A stretch of 46,648 nucleotides of DNA from Candidatus Eiseniibacteriota bacterium. GTDB lineage: Bacteria; Eisenbacteria; RBG-16-71-46. The position numbers were made by a program, and so were the translations under genes. Positions 8,862 through 18,210 of this stretch are shown piece after piece. A model generated the notes under the pieces. That model saw only the letters and a list, made by a program, of their open reading frames with translations, was not told the DNA's origin and did not search any database. Location of the stretch: positions 1 through 46,648 of the forward strand of contig JBBRLX010000034.1 in NCBI GenBank assembly GCA_038231135.1, written 5' to 3'. How positions within the stretch are numbered: the first letter of the stretch is position 1; the number at the start of each line of letters is the position of its first letter.

Positions 8862-8947
8862 TCCGGCGGTCGCACCAACGCCCGGGTCCCGTCATCGCGG
8901 AGCCCGGGCGTTTCGAATTTCAGATACGGGTCCGAACGCAGCCCGAT

Positions 8948-11900
8948 CTACGGGGCAGTCTGCACCACCAGTTTCGCTTCGCCGGAACGCGACACGAGAT
9001 CGGGGTCGTACATGCCGCGCGCGGTGGCGGGCAGCGCCGTGAATCGGCCGCCGATCTCCGGGCGGATCAGGTATTCGATCGTGGTGTCGCCCGCGTCGAG
9101 GTTCTCGACGAAGAACACCGCCCGGTCGTCGCGCGATTCGGCGTGCGTGCCGTATGGCCATTCGGCACCGTCGGGCAGCAACTGCTCCACCTCGAACCCC
9201 GCGATCTGCGGGTCCTCGAGCGACAGGTAGTGCAGCGCCTTCGCCGACGTCAGCGTAAGGCGCACCAGCACCGTCTCGCCGATATGCAGCGCCTCCGCCG
9301 GGGCGAGCGTCGTGGTCAGGAACCGCGGCCGCCCGCGGCGGTCGGTGGTGCGCTCGGCGCGCAGGTATTCGCGTGTGACCGTGAGCCCGGACGCGTGCGT
9401 CGCGGGACCGGGGCTCGGCACCAGGGCGCGCGCGGACCACGACCACCAGGTCGTCAGCGCACCGTCGTGCGCGATCGTGAGCCGGTTGTCGCCGGCCTTG
9501 AGCTTGGTGCCGTCGAGCGTGACGCGCGCCGGCGGCGCGAACACGTCGGCCGGGCCGATGCGCCGCTGGAGCACATGAGCGCCGTTCCAGTCCACGCGCA
9601 CGCCGCCCGTCGCGCGCATCTCGGCCGCGTGCGCTCCCACGTATTCAGCGAGCGCCTGCGCCACGGGTGCGGTCTCGCGCGTGGAGCGCCACCACGGGCC
9701 GGTGCGATGGCGCATCAGCCACTGCACGACCTCGGTGGCGCCACGCTCCTGCGGCCGCACTGCGACCAGCGCGCCCAGCGCGTAGCCGGTGTTCGACAGG
9801 TCGCCGCCCCACCATGAATCACCGGCCTCCGGATCCACGTTCCAGTGCAGGCCGCCCCCGTCATGCGCCGCGCGTTTCATGAGCGCGTCGAGCAGCGCGC
9901 CCGCCTCGGCTTTGGCGCCCAGCTCCGCATGCAGGCGGGCCGCCAGCGCCAGCCCGGCATTGCCGAGCGCGTCCGGCGCGGACCGCAGCGTGAGCGCGAC
10001 TTCGTCGAGCCGCTCGCGCACCCCGGCGAACCGGTCCTTGGCCCGCGGCAGCTTCGTCAGCGCCACGAGATGCGCGCATACATACGCCTCGGCATCGGGC
10101 GTGCGCGCCTCCGCGAAGATCCGCGGCAGCGCCTGCACCGCACGGTCGAGCGCGCCGTCCGAGCCCTCGGGCGCCACGCCCGCGAGCACCGCCCGCGACA
10201 CGGCGTCGATCGCGAGTGCGGTCAGGTACGGGTCCATCTCGCCTTCCTGCCACCAGCCCCAGCCACCGTCCGATTGCTGGAGGCTCGACAGATGCTCGAG
10301 GTGACGCAGCAGTTTCTGTTTCACCTCCTGACCCTGGGGCGTCACCGCGCCGTCGGGGCCGATCGCGGCGAGGAACGCGCTGGCGGCGAGGATCGCGTTC
10401 GAGGTCTGCTCTGTGCAGCCGTACTCGTACACGAGCAATTCGTTCACCGCGAGCGCCGTCGCGGCGGCCGGGGACGGGGCGAAGTCGATGGTAACCGAAC
10501 TGCCCGCGCGCACCAGATCGCCCGGCAGCGGCACCGTCACCGTGGTCGTGGCGCCCTGGGCGACGCCGGCCGCGGCCGGCGTGAGCGGCACCGCGCGCGC
10601 GTGCACCGGCACCCGCACCTCGAGCGCGTCGCGGTCGGAGTTCGCGCGCGCGCGGAACGTGAACACTGCGTCCTCCGCGGTGGCGTCGCGGCCCGGCTCC
10701 GGAATCTGCACCGCCCATTCGCGGCGCGATTCGCCCTGGCGGGCGATCTGCGTGCGAGCGGTGTTGGGCCCTGTGAGTTTCGCACCCGTGGCCGCAACCG
10801 ATTCCTCGACGTCGGTCAGCGCCGCGGCGCTGCGGTTCGTCACCACCGACACCAGGCTGGCCGCGTCGCCCGCGATGAAGAACCTGGGGCCGGCAAGCCG
10901 CGCCACCACGTCCTTCGTTACAGTGGTCTTCGTCACCGCCTTGCCGACACGGGTGTCGAGCGTGGCGCCGCGGCTCGTGAACCGCCACGTCGTGAGGTTG
11001 TCAGGATACCGGAACCCCACACCCCCGCGGCCCGATGCATCGGTCAGCACCGTCGGGTTCCAGTAGGCGACATCCCGGAAGTTCCTCCGTACCTCGTCAC
11101 GTTCGCCCTTGTTCGCGCCGCCGTAGTAGAGCACCGGGAACGACACCACGGTCGTCACCCAGTTCGGGCGGCGGCCGTAGAACACCGCGTGCGGGTCGGG
11201 AGTGTCGTCCGGCCGCAGCGAATACAGCGCCTCGTCGACGACGCCCAGCGACACCTCGGCCGCGAGCGGCGCCCCCAAGCCGTCGGTGGTGCGGATGCTC
11301 ACCATGGTCGAGTCGCCCGGCCGCGCCGTGGTGCGGTCCGGCGTCAGCTCGATCTTGAGATCGTGGCGGCCGGCCTCGATCGGCAACTCGAGCACGCGCG
11401 AATGCACCTCCATGCCGCGGCGCACGTGCAGCGCGACGAACACGTTCGGCGCCCACTCCGCGCGGATCGGCAGCGCCACCAGCCCCGAATTGCCGGTCAG
11501 GTGCACGATGCGGCGCTCGAGCAGGTCCCGGCCCTCGACGGACACCAGCACCGTGGCGTTCTTGACGTCGGTGTTCACGAGCACGCGCGCGGTGTCGCCG
11601 CTGGCGTAACGCGCGCGGTCGGCGAACGCCTCCAGCGCGGGGTAGCGGTAGGCGAAGCTGGCCACGTTCGCGTCGTAGGCCCACGCGGAGGACTCGGCGG
11701 TGATGCGGTTCCCCTTCGAATCCTCGGCACGCGCCCGCACGATGAGCCGCCCGGCCCGCGCCGGGGAGGGCGTGAGTGACAGCCGCGCGCGGCCGAGCGA
11801 GTCCGTGGTCACGACCTGCGATGCGAGCGGCCGCGACGCGGCGGTGTAGCGGCGCTCGAGTGGGTTCCACGCCTCCTGATCGAGCTCCACGGTGACCGAC

Positions 11901-14296
11901 GCGAGCACCGGCTTGTCGGTGTGATCGCGCGTCGTCACCTCGATCGGCACCGGACGCCCGACCGGCACCACGTACGCGAGCGGCCGCACAGCCACGGTGA
12001 ACAGCCCGCGCCCCATGATCGCGCTGCCGCGTCCGCTCACGACGCGGTTCGATGGGTCGACGACCTCGACCTCGAGCGTGAGCCGCCGGTCGTAGGTCAC
12101 GCGCTCGGGGACGAACGACATCTCGGCGCGGCCGTCGAGGTCCGTGCGCGTCTCGCCGGTCTTGAGCACGCGGCCGTAGCCGGCCGGCGCGCCGTCACCG
12201 TCCTCCGATTCGCCCTCGTCCTCGCCGTCGCCCGAAGTGGCGCCGGCGCCGGACAGCCGGGCCTCGAACAGGTTGTAGCGCACCGCGGCGCCGAACACCG
12301 GCGCGCCGAAGAAGTACGTGGCCGCGATGCGGAACCGCACCTCGTCGCCGTTCACGTACACCGCGCGGTCCGGCGTCACCTCGACCTGGAACTCGGGTTT
12401 GCGATACTCCTGCACCGCGATCGTCGCCGTGGCGCTCGACGCGCCGACCGACGCGTGCAGCGACCAGTCGCCGAGCGCGACGTCGGCCGGCAGCGTGACC
12501 GAGCCGTCGGCCGCACCGCGCGCCGACACGTTCGCCATACCCACCGGGATCACGGCCCCGCCCGGACCCGTCAGTTCGACGCGCGCCGTAAGGGCGTCGG
12601 GCAGCGCCCAGCCGCCGGCGGGCGTGGACTTGCGCGCGAACAGCTTCCAGTTCACGACGTGGCCCGGGCGGTAGATCGGCCGGTCGGTGTAGAGGAACGC
12701 CTGGTCGCCGCCCTGGCTCGCGGCGGCGGCGATCGGCGCGTCCGCGACCGCGATCCCGCTCGTGACGCTCACCGCCACCACGCGCAGCCGGGCGCCGGGG
12801 CCGGCGTTCGCGATCAACGCGATGCCGTCGGCATCGGTGTCGACCGCGTCGCGCCGCGACTCGGCGACCGCGGTCGTCCAGCCCTTGCCGTTCTCCGACG
12901 GCGGCACCGGCTGCCGGATGACGAACACCCGGGCATCGGTCACGGGACGCCCGTCGCGCAACGTGGCCGCCGACACCCACACCTGACTCGGCGAGCGCTT
13001 CACGATCAGGCCGAGGTCGGTGACGAAGAACAGCGCGCGTCGCTCGACCGCACCCGCGCGGCCGCGCAGCAGGTACGCGCCCGGCGGCAGCGCGTGCGGC
13101 AGCGGCAGCTCCTCCTCGCGCCACGACCAGTCCGGGCCGGCGGCGGGGCTGTGCTGCCAGCGCTCGGGGCTCGTGAGCCCGCTGGTGTCGGAGCTGAGCA
13201 CGTAACGGCGGAAGTCGCCGGCGGGGTTCAGCAACTCGGGCGTCGGGATGTAGTACAACGCGAGATCGATGGTGCCAGTGCGGAACGACCTCAGCCCGAG
13301 CTTGGGCACCACGTTCGGCACGAACGCCTCGCGTTCGAGCACGAACGAGAACTCGACCTCCCGCGGCGTGACCGTGAACGCCGGCACGTCGCGCGCATCG
13401 CCTTCGCGCACCGTGACCGGCGCGGCCGCGCGCGCCGGCAGGAAGCCCTCGTGGCTGGTCTCGAGGCGGTAGCGGCCGGCGATCAGGTCGCCAATCGCGT
13501 ACGAGCCGTCGGCCCCGCTGGTGGCCACCTGCTCGGACGGGCCGCGTGCCGTGATCGTGATGCCGGGGACGCCGGTGCCGTCCGCGAGCCGCACGACGCC
13601 CGACAGCGACGCCGGGCGGCCGAGCTGGATGGGCGCGGTCGTGGTCTCGCCGCGCCGCACCGCGAGCCGCCGCACTTCAGTGGTGCGCAGCCCCGGAGCA
13701 TCGACCACGGCCGTCCAGTAACCGGCGCCAAGACCCTCGAAGCGCGCGGCGCCCTGGGCGTCGGTGAATCGTGGCGCCGGCGGCGCCTGGAAGCCTTCCC
13801 ACCACGTCGCGCCGCGCTCGCTCTGGAGCTGCACGCGGGCGTTCGCGACCGGCGCGCGCCCGTCGGTGCGCGTGGCCTTGACGAGCAGCATGCCGGCGCG
13901 GTCGAGCGGGATCACCAGCGCCGCGGTGCGCTGCGTCGCGGGAATCTGCCAGCCGCCGAGCACGTAGTCGGCGTAGCCCGCGGCGCCGACGGTCAGCGTG
14001 TAGTAGCGATCCGACGAAACATCGTCGATGCCGAACTCGCCCTGCTTGTTCGTGTGCGCGCGATGATAGCCCTGGCCGCCGTTGGTGTTCGCCAGCTCGA
14101 CCTCGGCGTCCGGGATCGGCTTCTGGGAATCGGAATCGACGACGCGCCCGCTCAGCCGCGTGACGGCCGCCGTGGCGGGCGCGGGAGCGAACGTGAGACT
14201 CGCGAGCGCCACGCCCAGCGCCGGGAGCAGCAGTGCCAGGCGGGTCCGCGCCGGCCACCCCCGGCGGCACGGGCTCGTTCCATAAGATCGCGTCAT
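8948..14296 (-). CDS. Bacterial alpha-2-macroglobulin family protein (~1780 aa) with N-terminal carboxypeptidase-regulatory-like Ig domains
   Basis: FLYTDRPIYRPG and QEYRKPEF (MG domains), VSLGVVDEA, RRNFRDVAYWNP, YPDNLTTW, thioester YGCTEQT (10406-10417), QQSDGGWGWW, RGMYDPD; signal peptide; ATG 14296 overlaps the upstream stop (ATGA). Confidence 0.93.
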   Translation of the reverse strand: MTRSYGTSPCRRGWPARTRLALLLPALGVALASLTFAPAPATAAVTRLSGRVVDSDSQKPIPDAEVELANTNGGQGYHRAHTNKQGEFGIDDVSSDRYYTLTVGAAGYADYVLGGWQIPATQRTAALVIPLDRAGMLLVKATRTDGRAPVANARVQLQSERGATWWEGFQAPPAPRFTDAQGAARFEGLGAGYWTAVVDAPGLRTTEVRRLAVRRGETTTAPIQLGRPASLSGVVRLADGTGVPGITITARGPSEQVATSGADGSYAIGDLIAGRYRLETSHEGFLPARAAAPVTVREGDARDVPAFTVTPREVEFSFVLEREAFVPNVVPKLGLRSFRTGTIDLALYYIPTPELLNPAGDFRRYVLSSDTSGLTSPERWQHSPAAGPDWSWREEELPLPHALPPGAYLLRGRAGAVERRALFFVTDLGLIVKRSPSQVWVSAATLRDGRPVTDARVFVIRQPVPPSENGKGWTTAVAESRRDAVDTDADGIALIANAGPGARLRVVAVSVTSGIAVADAPIAAAASQGGDQAFLYTDRPIYRPGHVVNWKLFARKSTPAGGWALPDALTARVELTGPGGAVIPVGMANVSARGAADGSVTLPADVALGDWSLHASVGASSATATIAVQEYRKPEFQVEVTPDRAVYVNGDEVRFRIAATYFFGAPVFGAAVRYNLFEARLSGAGATSGDGEDEGESEDGDGAPAGYGRVLKTGETRTDLDGRAEMSFVPERVTYDRRLTLEVEVVDPSNRVVSGRGSAIMGRGLFTVAVRPLAYVVPVGRPVPIEVTTRDHTDKPVLASVTVELDQEAWNPLERRYTAASRPLASQVVTTDSLGRARLSLTPSPARAGRLIVRARAEDSKGNRITAESSAWAYDANVASFAYRYPALEAFADRARYASGDTARVLVNTDVKNATVLVSVEGRDLLERRIVHLTGNSGLVALPIRAEWAPNVFVALHVRRGMEVHSRVLELPIEAGRHDLKIELTPDRTTARPGDSTMVSIRTTDGLGAPLAAEVSLGVVDEALYSLRPDDTPDPHAVFYGRRPNWVTTVVSFPVLYYGGANKGERDEVRRNFRDVAYWNPTVLTDASGRGGVGFRYPDNLTTWRFTSRGATLDTRVGKAVTKTTVTKDVVARLAGPRFFIAGDAASLVSVVTNRSAAALTDVEESVAATGAKLTGPNTARTQIARQGESRREWAVQIPEPGRDATAEDAVFTFRARANSDRDALEVRVPVHARAVPLTPAAAGVAQGATTTVTVPLPGDLVRAGSSVTIDFAPSPAAATALAVNELLVYEYGCTEQTSNAILAASAFLAAIGPDGAVTPQGQEVKQKLLRHLEHLSSLQQSDGGWGWWQEGEMDPYLTALAIDAVSRAVLAGVAPEGSDGALDRAVQALPRIFAEARTPDAEAYVCAHLVALTKLPRAKDRFAGVRERLDEVALTLRSAPDALGNAGLALAARLHAELGAKAEAGALLDALMKRAAHDGGGLHWNVDPEAGDSWWGGDLSNTGYALGALVAVRPQERGATEVVQWLMRHRTGPWWRSTRETAPVAQALAEYVGAHAAEMRATGGVRVDWNGAHVLQRRIGPADVFAPPARVTLDGTKLKAGDNRLTIAHDGALTTWWSWSARALVPSPGPATHASGLTVTREYLRAERTTDRRGRPRFLTTTLAPAEALHIGETVLVRLTLTSAKALHYLSLEDPQIAGFEVEQLLPDGAEWPYGTHAESRDDRAVFFVENLDAGDTTIEYLIRPEIGGRFTALPATARGMYDPDLVSRSGEAKLVVQTAP

Positions 14297-14976
14297 TCGT
14301 CGTCCTTTGTGCGGGTAGCCCGGATTCGCGGCGGCAGCTCCGCCACGGTCGCCACGTCGAATCGCTCGAACGCCGCGTCGCGCGCGTCGGCGATCACGCC
14401 GATGCGTCGCGCCTCGCGCAACGCGTACGCCACGGTACGTGCCTCGCCCGGCAGGAACGCCACGCTGCCCGTGGAGCCGCGCACCAGCAGGCCCTCGCGG
14501 CCCGGCGCGATCGCCATGGGATCCGCGAGCGGCGTGCCCGGCCCCGCGAACGACAGCACGATGCGCAGCCCGTCCAGTTCCTCGCGGCGTACCGGCGGCC
14601 GGCGGCGGTCGGCCTGCAGCGCCAGCACGGCGAGCGCGCGCACCGTCCCGCCCAGGGTGCTTGCGAGCGGCACGTCGCTGCCCATGCACGCACGCGTCGT
14701 GCGCCCGTCGACGAGGCTCACGTACACGCCCACCGCCGCACCCGGCCACGCTGTGCCGCTGTCGGCGGCGGCCGGGATCGGGGCGGACGCCGGAGCTTCG
14801 TAGCCGTCGAAGTGCGCGAGCATCGCGGCGCGCGCCGACGCCAGCAGCGCCACCGCCGCGGGCGTGCGCACGAACGCGCGATAGGCGGCGAGCGGGTCGG
14901 CGCCGGCGCGTGCGTTCGGGGCGGCGAGCGTCGTCATCACGCTCAGCGCCACGATCGCGGCTCGCAGCGACCTCAT
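14293..14976 (-). CDS. AMMECR1-domain protein with predicted signal peptide
   Basis: GVYVSL...TRACMG (variant of LRGCIG), DRRRPPVRREEL (cf. DPRFPPV..EEL), GREGLLV...AFLPG; N-terminus MRSLRAAIVALSVMTTLAAPNARA. Confidence 0.82.
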   Translation of the reverse strand: MRSLRAAIVALSVMTTLAAPNARAGADPLAAYRAFVRTPAAVALLASARAAMLAHFDGYEAPASAPIPAAADSGTAWPGAAVGVYVSLVDGRTTRACMGSDVPLASTLGGTVRALAVLALQADRRRPPVRREELDGLRIVLSFAGPGTPLADPMAIAPGREGLLVRGSTGSVAFLPGEARTVAYALREARRIGVIADARDAAFERFDVATVAELPPRIRATRTKDDE

Positions 14977-15758
14977 GGCCCGGACTCCGGCCGCACGCGA
15001 GCGACCGGGTACACGTCGCGATGCACCAGCTCGCGGTCACGCTCCTCGCCGTCCACGCGGCGGATGCGGTACAGCTCGATCTCGCGCCCCGGCGCCCCGG
15101 ACTCGGCGTCCGCGCTCTCGTGCACCTCGGATTCCAGCTCGTAGGTGGCGTCCGCCGGCGACTCGCCCTCGAGCCGTGCCGTGAGGGTCGATCCCAGCAC
15201 CTCGATGCGCACGCGCACGCGCTGGTCCAGGTCGTTGCGCAGCGCGAGATCCTTGACGCCCCACGACACGGTCGCGTCCTGGCCGAGCGGAATGTAGTCG
15301 ACGGGCGTCGAGTGCCGGTGGCGCTGCGCCACGGACAGCCCGGATAGCAGGCCCGCCACGAACAGCGTCGAGGCCACCTGGCAGATGCCGCCGCCGGTCT
15401 GGAGCTGGCGCGACTCGCGCAGGATCACGGGCGCATCCACGAAGCCGCGTTCCGACGTGCGCGGACCGACGGTGCGGTTGAACGACAGCACGTCGCCGGG
15501 GGCGAGCACCACGCCGTCGATCGCGGCGCACGCCAGCCGGATGTTGTGAGTGCGCCCCGCGCCGCTGCCGGCGAGGGTCGTTGAGAACGAGCCGAGCGTG
15601 ACCGGAAACGCGTTCTCGCCGGGCGCCGCGCCGCTGGAATCCCTGACGGCTGCGCTTGGGTTCACGGCCGCGGACGCCGGTTGCGCGACGAGCCCCGCGA
15701 GGACGGCGATCGCGCACGTCACAAGGGTCACGCCGTGGGAGCGAGGCACGCGGGCCAT
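14973..15758 (-). CDS. VanW family protein, exported
   Basis: RTHNIRLA, IDGVVLAPGDVLSFNRTVGPRT..RGF, GGGICQVASTL, RHRHS..VDYIPLGQDATV...DL..RN; signal peptide; stop overlaps the AMMECR1 start. Confidence 0.9.
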   Translation of the reverse strand: MARVPRSHGVTLVTCAIAVLAGLVAQPASAAVNPSAAVRDSSGAAPGENAFPVTLGSFSTTLAGSGAGRTHNIRLACAAIDGVVLAPGDVLSFNRTVGPRTSERGFVDAPVILRESRQLQTGGGICQVASTLFVAGLLSGLSVAQRHRHSTPVDYIPLGQDATVSWGVKDLALRNDLDQRVRVRIEVLGSTLTARLEGESPADATYELESEVHESADAESGAPGREIELYRIRRVDGEERDRELVHRDVYPVARVRPESGP

Positions 15759-15854
15759 CCGGGGCCGTCCTGGTATATGGTGAGGGGTATCGAAGCGCTT
15801 CGCTGGGTCACCATACACCAGCGCCTCGATCCCGCGTCCACTCCGGAGAACACC

Positions 15855-16304
15855 ATGAGCAGGACTGACAGCGCCGCGATCGCCGTGTCGTATGCGGGGC
15901 TCGGGGCGATGATCGCCGGAATCTTCGGGCTGTACTTTCGCCACGCGCTGTTCGCGTCGGGGCCGTGGATCGCGGTGCAGGTCGCGGCCGCGCTGCTGAT
16001 GCTGTGGGCCCGCATCACGTTCGGCGGCCGCAGCTTCCACGCCGGCGCCAATCCCACCGAGGGCGGGCTCGTGACCGCCGGTCCGTACGCATTCCTGCGC
16101 CACCCGATCTACGCGGCGATCCTGTGGTTCGCCTGGACCGGAGTGTTCATGCACCTGTCGTTCGTGAACGCCGCGCTGGGCCTGCTCCTCACCCTCGGCG
16201 CCGCGATGCGCATCGCGATGGAAGAGCGCGAGTTGCGCGCGCGCTATCCGGACTACGCCGCGTACGCATCGCGCACGCGGCGCGTCATTCCGTTCGTGCT
16301 GTGA
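15855..16304 (+). CDS. Isoprenylcysteine carboxylmethyltransferase / PEMT family membrane protein
   Basis: LVTAGPYAFLRHPIY, EEREL...YPDYAAY..RTRRVIPF; GGAG RBS. Confidence 0.88.
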   Translation: MSRTDSAAIAVSYAGLGAMIAGIFGLYFRHALFASGPWIAVQVAAALLMLWARITFGGRSFHAGANPTEGGLVTAGPYAFLRHPIYAAILWFAWTGVFMHLSFVNAALGLLLTLGAAMRIAMEERELRARYPDYAAYASRTRRVIPFVL

Positions 16305-16344
16305 GCGGCCGCGGGGCCAAGACGGCGCCGGTTCCGGCGCACGC

Positions 16345-17223
16345 TCAGCCGTCGGCCGTGAGCAGCAACTCCTCCTTGGCGGGCGAGTCATCGGTGGCCT
16401 TGTCGTCGACGTACTTCATGCGGACCGATAGTGAAATGAGGGCCACCGTCACGCCGAACAGGCACACGATCGTGGCGCCCATCGGCCAGTCCCTGAGGTA
16501 CGACAGCACCGCACCCAGGATCGAGACCACGATCCCGATCGCCCATGCCCAGTAGAGTCGCGCCGGGCCCTTGCGGCCGAGCAGTGTGGCGCAGACGATC
16601 GGGACGATCAGGAACGAGAACACCGCGAGCACCCCGGACACCTTGACGGAACTCGTGACCACCAGGCCGAACGCCGCGTAGAACAGGAAGTCCCACTTCT
16701 TCACGGACAGGCCCGTCGCGCGCGCCTCCTTGGGGTGTTCCGAACACAGCGCGAGCTTCCGGTGGTTGAAGAACAGGAACGCACCCGCGATCACGTCGAT
16801 GGTGACCATCACCGCGATGTCCTTCCACGTCACCCAGCCCAGCGCCTCTCCGCTCAGTGCCCCGCTCACGTGCTCCGCTCCGTGGGGCGAATTCGACAGC
16901 ATCAGCAACGTCGCCGCCGTCGCCAGCGCGAACGAGATCCCGATGAACGCCTCCTGCAGCACCGAGTGTTCGCGGTCCCACAGGAAGCTGAACAGCGCGG
17001 CACCCAGCAGCGTGAAGCCGAACGACCAGTAGTACATGCTGGGATCATGCGGCTCGGCCCCCAGCAGGAAGGCCACGCTCTGGCCGAGTGCGGCGATCTG
17101 GGCCAGCGCCAGATCCACGAAGATCACTCCCCGCGCGAGCACGTGCCGGCCGAGCGCGGGCAGGATCAACACGAGCAGCAGGCATGCCAGCAGCGGCAGC
17201 GCCATGACTCCGAAGAAGTTCAT
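16345..17223 (-). CDS. Metal (Zn/Mn) ABC transporter permease, ZnuB/ABC-3 family
   Basis: GRHVLARGVIFVDLALAQIAALG, EAFIGI, GVLAVFSFLIVP, DWPMGATIV; multiple TM segments. Confidence 0.88.
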   Translation of the reverse strand: MNFFGVMALPLLACLLLVLILPALGRHVLARGVIFVDLALAQIAALGQSVAFLLGAEPHDPSMYYWSFGFTLLGAALFSFLWDREHSVLQEAFIGISFALATAATLLMLSNSPHGAEHVSGALSGEALGWVTWKDIAVMVTIDVIAGAFLFFNHRKLALCSEHPKEARATGLSVKKWDFLFYAAFGLVVTSSVKVSGVLAVFSFLIVPIVCATLLGRKGPARLYWAWAIGIVVSILGAVLSYLRDWPMGATIVCLFGVTVALISLSVRMKYVDDKATDDSPAKEELLLTADG

Positions 17224-18149
17224 TTCTGCCCCTCCGACTTGCCGGACAGCGCTCCGGCCATCGACGACACCATCACGTCGAACTTGGAGAACACGTCATC
17301 GGTGTGCGGCAGGCCCCCGGACTCGAGCGCAATCTCCACCGCCACTCCGCCGGCGCGCTTTGCGACCTGCTGGCTGGCGTCGGGGTTGTAGTACGGCTGG
17401 TACTCCACCACCTTGACGCCGGCCTTCTTCATCGCCTGAGCGAGATCGTCGATGTGGTGGGGCGTGGGAGGGATGCCCGGCTTGGGCTCCACCGTGCCGA
17501 ACAACTTCAGTCCGAACCGGTCGGCGAAATAGATGAAGTTCTTGTGATAGGCGACGATCGACGCCCCTTTGTACGGCTCGAGCTGCTTTTCCCATTTCGC
17601 CAGCGAGGCTTCCATCCTCTCGTCGAACGCCCTGGCATTCGCGGCATAGTCCGCCGCGTTCGCGGCATCGAGGTCCGAGAACACCCGGGCAAGATGGTCG
17701 GCCACGACCTCGAGCGCCTTGGGATCGGCGTAATAGTGCGGATTGCCGAGCGGATGCACGTCACCCTCGGCACGGCTCACCGTGCCGGACGGTTTTTCGA
17801 GCACGGTCACGCCTTCCGAGGCGTCCACGAACCCCTTCGCGCCGGGCTGGATCCTGGGATTGCGGCTGCCCGGCAGGACCAGCGGCAGCCAGCCGGTGTC
17901 GAGTTCGAGTCCCGTGGAGATGAACACGTCCGCGTGCTGGATTGCCTTCATCAGGCTGGGCTTGGCCGGAACGAAATGCGGGTCCTCGAAACCCCTGCAC
18001 AGGCTCTGGGCCGTCACGTGCTTCCCGCCGACGAACTGGGCGACGGAGGCGAGATCGGTCAGCGACGTCGCGACCTTCAGATCCGCGAACGCGGGCGCCG
18101 CCAGCAGGCCAGCCACCAATACCAACATGTATCGAATCAGCAACTTCAT
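17220..18149 (-). CDS. Metal ABC transporter substrate-binding protein, ZnuA/TroA family
   Basis: EDPHF, GDVHPLGNPHY, YHKNF.YF..RFG, EPKPGIPP; signal peptide; GGAGG RBS. Confidence 0.92.
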   Translation of the reverse strand: MKLLIRYMLVLVAGLLAAPAFADLKVATSLTDLASVAQFVGGKHVTAQSLCRGFEDPHFVPAKPSLMKAIQHADVFISTGLELDTGWLPLVLPGSRNPRIQPGAKGFVDASEGVTVLEKPSGTVSRAEGDVHPLGNPHYYADPKALEVVADHLARVFSDLDAANAADYAANARAFDERMEASLAKWEKQLEPYKGASIVAYHKNFIYFADRFGLKLFGTVEPKPGIPPTPHHIDDLAQAMKKAGVKVVEYQPYYNPDASQQVAKRAGGVAVEIALESGGLPHTDDVFSKFDVMVSSMAGALSGKSEGQK

Positions 18150-18210
18150 GGAATCCTCCGAAGTTTGAACCTTCATGAACGGTGCCGCGGTGGTTCGAAC
18201 CGGCGCGATC

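Noticed and set aside
14297..15040. N-terminal 248-aa extension of the A2M ORF as listed in the ORF track
   Set aside because: Overlaps the AMMECR1 gene in another frame; the ATG at 14296 gives a signal peptide and an ATGA overlap
14973..15758. Vancomycin resistance locus
   Set aside because: VanW alone does not confer resistance; no vanHAX/B or vanRS genes are present
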